Part shown: positions 36,910 to 40,001 of the stretch, piece by piece | How positions within the stretch are numbered: the stretch's first letter is position 1 | Layout: every line of letters starts with the position of its first letter | Sequence record: MT446394.1 | DNA: 40,001 nucleotides | From: Escherichia virus TH20 | Reading direction: 5' to 3' (one strand) | Made by a program: the position numbers and the translations under genes | Notes under the pieces: model-generated | Databases searched by the model: none | Told to the model about the DNA's origin: nothing | Seen by the model: only the letters and a program-made list of their open reading frames with translations

Positions 36910-37988
36910 GACTTCACCGTTGGGTTGTCTTCGGTTCCACGCCAGCACTTGAAGCTGGGGTGACGAAGGGAGCCATCAGGGAACCGCTCCATGAAGAGGA
37001 CTTCACACTGCCAGCCTTCGTATGGGTTATCGAAGCAAGGTTCGTTACCACCAATGCCGTACGGCGCAAAGATGCCAACCGCAGCAAGCGTGTCCTCCTT
37101 GACCTTAGCCGTAAACTCGTCCTTCTGTTCTTCAGTCAGACCGCAGGCGTTGACCACCATGCCATCCTCCAGTAGAACCTCAAAGCCGATGACCTTACCT
37201 TCGTTAGCCTTACCCTGAGTCCCCCACACGAGGCCACACACGGTCCCGTCGATTGTCTCCTCAGGCTTCATTTTCCACATGCCTGACTTCTTGCCACGCT
37301 TCCACTTACCCAGCGGGTCTTTGACTATCAGACCCTCGTGTCCTTCCAGACGCTTCTCTTCGTACAGGGAGTTGAGCGACTCAAGGTCATAGACCGTGTG
37401 TGACTCAGACAGAACCCAGTCGATTTCCGGGAAGTATTTCTGGAGGAGAGGGACGATAGCTTCGGCCTTCAGGCGTGTGACGCTATGGATAGGACCTTCT
37501 GCTTTCGGGTCGGCTATGGTCGTCATGTCGACGACACCGTAGACCACAACCTGAAGTCGGGACCGGGCGACCCAGAACGGGACCTTCTTGCCACGGCCCT
37601 GATAGCATTCAGCGAACGCCTCGTTGTTAGGCTTCAGCCACTTCGTTCGGATGAGACCTGAGGAGGTGTTGAAGTCCACACCTTTGACCATTACCTCGCC
37701 ATCAATCATCAAGCCCACGCCTTCGTAGCCAGCTTGACGAAGGAACCATCGCCAGTCAGCTTGGGTCCACGCATTCCCTAACTCAGAGTTCATCCACTCC
37801 AAGGCTGGAAGAGGTTTAGACTCACGGCTCAGCCAATAGGTCTCACCTTCACGCAGGACCGGGAGGTTCAACCGGACACCATCGTACTTCACTTCAGCTT
37901 CCAGAGACCCGGCTGCTTCCAGTGCCTTCTTAACACCAGACTCAGAGTAATCTACAGCGCGGTGCGGGTTGGTTTTGATAGTTGTCAT
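36906..37988 (-). CDS. ATP-dependent DNA ligase (T7 gp1.3-like), 360 aa
   Basis: IKTNP, adenylation motif KYDGVR, EGLIVKDP, KRGKKSGxWKMKPE, GSLRHPSF match T7 ligase; preferred start ATG 37988 overlapping gp1.2 stop (TAATG). Confidence 0.95.
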   Translation of the reverse strand: MTTIKTNPHRAVDYSESGVKKALEAAGSLEAEVKYDGVRLNLPVLREGETYWLSRESKPLPALEWMNSELGNAWTQADWRWFLRQAGYEGVGLMIDGEVMVKGVDFNTSSGLIRTKWLKPNNEAFAECYQGRGKKVPFWVARSRLQVVVYGVVDMTTIADPKAEGPIHSVTRLKAEAIVPLLQKYFPEIDWVLSESHTVYDLESLNSLYEEKRLEGHEGLIVKDPLGKWKRGKKSGMWKMKPEETIDGTVCGLVWGTQGKANEGKVIGFEVLLEDGMVVNACGLTEEQKDEFTAKVKEDTLAAVGIFAPYGIGGNEPCFDNPYEGWQCEVLFMERFPDGSLRHPSFKCWRGTEDNPTVKS

Positions 37989-38251
37989 TATGCTTTGCTC
38001 CATGTGTCGATATGGTCAGCGAGACCGTTGAGGTAGTCTGTTGCAGTATTATACAGCACGTCTTCATCGTAGTGTGCGAAGGTCTCAAGCGCGAAGATGT
38101 TACCAGCTCGGTCCTCCACCCTGAGTTTCATGCACTCTTGGCACGACACATGGTCTTGAAACTCCTGAGATATAACAGCGAAGTCTAACTGATAAAGCCT
38201 GTTACACGCTGCTTTGAAAGCGTTGAGGTTGCCACTATAAAGTCGGCCCAT
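37988..38251 (-). CDS. dGTP triphosphohydrolase inhibitor (T7 gp1.2-like), 87 aa
   Basis: MGRLYSGNLxAFKAA.N.L.QLD.AVI and HxDEDVL.N..TD.LN match T7 gp1.2. Confidence 0.85.
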   Translation of the reverse strand: MGRLYSGNLNAFKAACNRLYQLDFAVISQEFQDHVSCQECMKLRVEDRAGNIFALETFAHYDEDVLYNTATDYLNGLADHIDTWSKA

Positions 38252-38255
38252 TTGG

Positions 38256-38435
38256 TTATGCTCCTACGAAGTATTTCTCTTGGTTGACCAGAGAGTCTTT
38301 ACCTTCAGCGTTTCGGAAAGCTCCCTTCACGCCACCACCACGTTTAGTCTTGTTCAGCTTGCGGCCCTTAGGAATGTAACCTTCAGTCTGCTGGCGTTCA
38401 CGGATGCGCTCAAAGTTGATAGTGTTCTGATACAT
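38256..38435 (-). CDS. T7 gp1.1-like small basic protein, 59 aa
   Basis: Hand translation; KGRKLNKTKR identical to remembered T7 gp1.1 segment; GGAGA upstream. Confidence 0.6.
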   Translation of the reverse strand: MYQNTINFERIRERQQTEGYIPKGRKLNKTKRGGGVKGAFRNAEGKDSLVNQEKYFVGA

Positions 38436-38475
38436 ATGGCTAAATCTCCAGTAATTTACGTTTAGTAGTAAGGGT

Positions 38476-38520
38476 TAATCATGAAGGCCACGACTTTGAG
38501 TCATGACCTTTAGTCTAATC
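38476..38520 (-). promoter_or_regulatory. Conserved stem-loop, candidate RNase III site (R1.1 position)
   Basis: Third copy of AATCAT(A/G)AAGGCCAC...ATGACCTT(G/T)AGTCTA. Confidence 0.4.
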
Positions 38521-38538
38521 CTATAGTGATAGTTTAGG
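38516..38538 (-). promoter_or_regulatory. Phage-RNAP promoter (phi1.1 position): CCTAAACTATCACTATAGGATTA
   Basis: Near-consensus 23-mer, +1 G at 38521. Confidence 0.7.
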
Positions 38539-38613
38539 GTTAACCTCTTCTGCGTTGGATTAAAGTGAATACTGCAAGTGCTCCCAGCCACAAGTCCAGT
38601 AACTGTAGGTCTG

Positions 38614-38814
38614 TCATTTGGTTGCCGCCTCTTTAAGCGCTTTCTCGTGTGCCTGCTCAACCTGCTGCGCCAGCCACTTGAATGGGACTTTAAGCTTCTT
38701 TGACTTCTCTGTAGGGATGACCGTGGTCTTCACCAGACCCTTGCCGTTGTGTTCTGTTACGGTCACGATTTGAGTCCCACCATTAACGCCAGTATGCTTG
38801 TGTGCAAATTTCAT
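38614..38814 (-). CDS. Hypothetical protein directly after the RNAP gene, 66 aa
   Basis: ATG 38814 with AGGAGA upstream, 14 nt after RNAP stop; Lys-rich; no family recognised. Confidence 0.45.
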   Translation of the reverse strand: MKFAHKHTGVNGGTQIVTVTEHNGKGLVKTTVIPTEKSKKLKVPFKWLAQQVEQAHEKALKEAATK

Positions 38815-38828
38815 AGCTCTCTCTCCTG

Positions 38829-40001
38829 TTAAGCGAATGCAAAGTCTGAAGACAAGATGTCTTCGATATTCAGTTTACCTTTCTTCGGAAGCTCTGGCAA
38901 CTTATCGCGCTGGCTCTCATGAAGCTGGTATTCAAACTGCTCATAGAAGTCAAGCAGCACATCGTTGTCTCGGTAGGTCTCGACCATCGTCTCACGGACA
39001 CCACGGAACAGATACTCAGCGTCAGCCGGGATGGTCCCGAAGCTATCATGAATCACTGCGAATGACATCACGTCATACTTGCGATGAGTGTGGACTACAG
39101 TCTTGCGTAGGTGGCTACCATCTTGTGAGTGGACGAAGTTCGGGCTAATGCCTGACTCCTGCTTGTGCTTGTCCAGCTCTTTCTTCGTGCCTTTGTTGAC
39201 GGTAGGCTGAAGGTTGAATGACCCTAAGAACATCAGGTTCAGACGAGTGGTATCCTTCTTGCGGTATTCCTGCCAGACCGGGAAACCATCAGGTGTGACC
39301 CAGTGTACCGGAAGGCAAGGCTTCAGGATTTCACCCGTCTTCTTGTCCTTCACTTCAGCAGCCAGCAGCTTGGCAGCACCTTGAAGCCACTTCATAGCGT
39401 CTACCGCAGCAACTACGGTCACGCTCACAGCTTCCCAAATCATCTTAGCCATGAATCGGGACGCTTGGCTTGGCTCGGTGAACATAGCTCCAGACCCTGC
39501 GTCAATTGCGGGCATCACGATGTCCTCGTAAACTTGGTCTGCGAAGCCGTACTCTTTCGACCCGTAGGCCAGAGTCATGACTGAGCGCTTAGTAACCTTG
39601 CGTGACATACCGTAAGTCAGCCACTGCCGGGCCAGCTCTCGTGTCCCCAGCTTGAGACGTTCGGTAATCTCACCAGTTTTCTTGTCCTCGTGAGTTACCA
39701 TCTCGTTGTCCGTGCCGTTAACCAACAGGACTTTAAGCTCCTCCTCAATGCGGTCAGACACGATGCGGTAGATGTCTTGGACCTTACCGGAAGGCGTCAG
39801 GTTTACTGCATGTCCACCGATGTGATCACGAAGCATCGCGCTGAAGTGCTGAATCCCAGAGCAGGACCCATCGAAAGCTATCGGCAGCGAGCAGGAGTAA
39901 GACAAACCGTGGTGCATTACGCCAGCATACTCGAAGCAGAACGCTAGGAAGCAGAACGGAGAGTCTAACTTACCCCACCACTCAATGCTGTCCATCGGTG
40001 C
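38829..40001 (-). CDS. T7-type RNA polymerase (gene 1), C-terminal 390 codons plus stop; the part above 39194 duplicates 1-807
   Basis: Translation ends ...DILSSDFAFA as T7 RNAP; contains HQESGI.PNFVHSQDGSHLR and IHDSFGT active-site region; stop at 38829. Confidence 0.95.
   Translation of the reverse strand, partial: APMDSIEWWGKLDSPFCFLAFCFEYAGVMHHGLSYSCSLPIAFDGSCSGIQHFSAMLRDHIGGHAVNLTPSGKVQDIYRIVSDRIEEELKVLLVNGTDNEMVTHEDKKTGEITERLKLGTRELARQWLTYGMSRKVTKRSVMTLAYGSKEYGFADQVYEDIVMPAIDAGSGAMFTEPSQASRFMAKMIWEAVSVTVVAAVDAMKWLQGAAKLLAAEVKDKKTGEILKPCLPVHWVTPDGFPVWQEYRKKDTTRLNLMFLGSFNLQPTVNKGTKKELDKHKQESGISPNFVHSQDGSHLRKTVVHTHRKYDVMSFAVIHDSFGTIPADAEYLFRGVRETMVETYRDNDVLLDFYEQFEYQLHESQRDKLPELPKKGKLNIEDILSSDFAFA
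39195..40001. repeat. Window-end duplication, copy 2 (same sequence as 1-807)
   Basis: See copy 1. Confidence 0.9.

Noticed and set aside
38475-38660. Minus-strand ORF of 61 aa
   Set aside because: Spans the phi1.1-type promoter and the conserved stem-loop; basic junk-like composition

Overview
The window is one complete T7-like podophage genome (Autographiviridae, T7/T3-type organisation) presented on its reverse strand. Every credible gene is on the minus strand, and the order from high to low coordinate follows T7: Ocr-like 0.3 and small early ORFs, RNA polymerase, 1.1/1.2/ligase, gp2, SSB, endonuclease I, lysozyme, primase-helicase, DNA polymerase, exonuclease, 6.5-7.3, portal, scaffold, capsid, tail tube A/B, internal core 13-16, tailspike, holin, small terminase, spanins, large terminase. 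The window wraps around the assembly: bases 1-807 recur at 39195-40001 (unit length 39,194 bp) and the window edge cuts the RNA polymerase gene. The physical genome ends are predicted inside the window, in the non-coding stretch 3.84-4.93 kb (TCTCACAGT terminus motif, octamer repeat arrays, host-type promoters). Eleven 23-bp phage-RNAP promoter-like sites (consensus ACTAAACTATCACTATAGGGAGA, minus strand), a Tphi-like terminator after the capsid gene and conserved RNase III-type stem-loops are visible. Departures from the T7 plan worth a second look: an Ocr-like protein with a C-terminal extension followed by five small coupled early ORFs and no 0.7 kinase; three free-standing HNH endonuclease genes; a small ASCH/DUF3850-like gene between the tail tubular genes; an unassigned 101-aa gene between endonuclease I and lysozyme; a -1 frameshift-type capsid 10B extension; and a tailspike with a depolymerase-like body. 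No tRNA, CRISPR, integrase or lysogeny genes were seen. All homology statements are from reading the translations against remembered T7 proteins, not from a database search.
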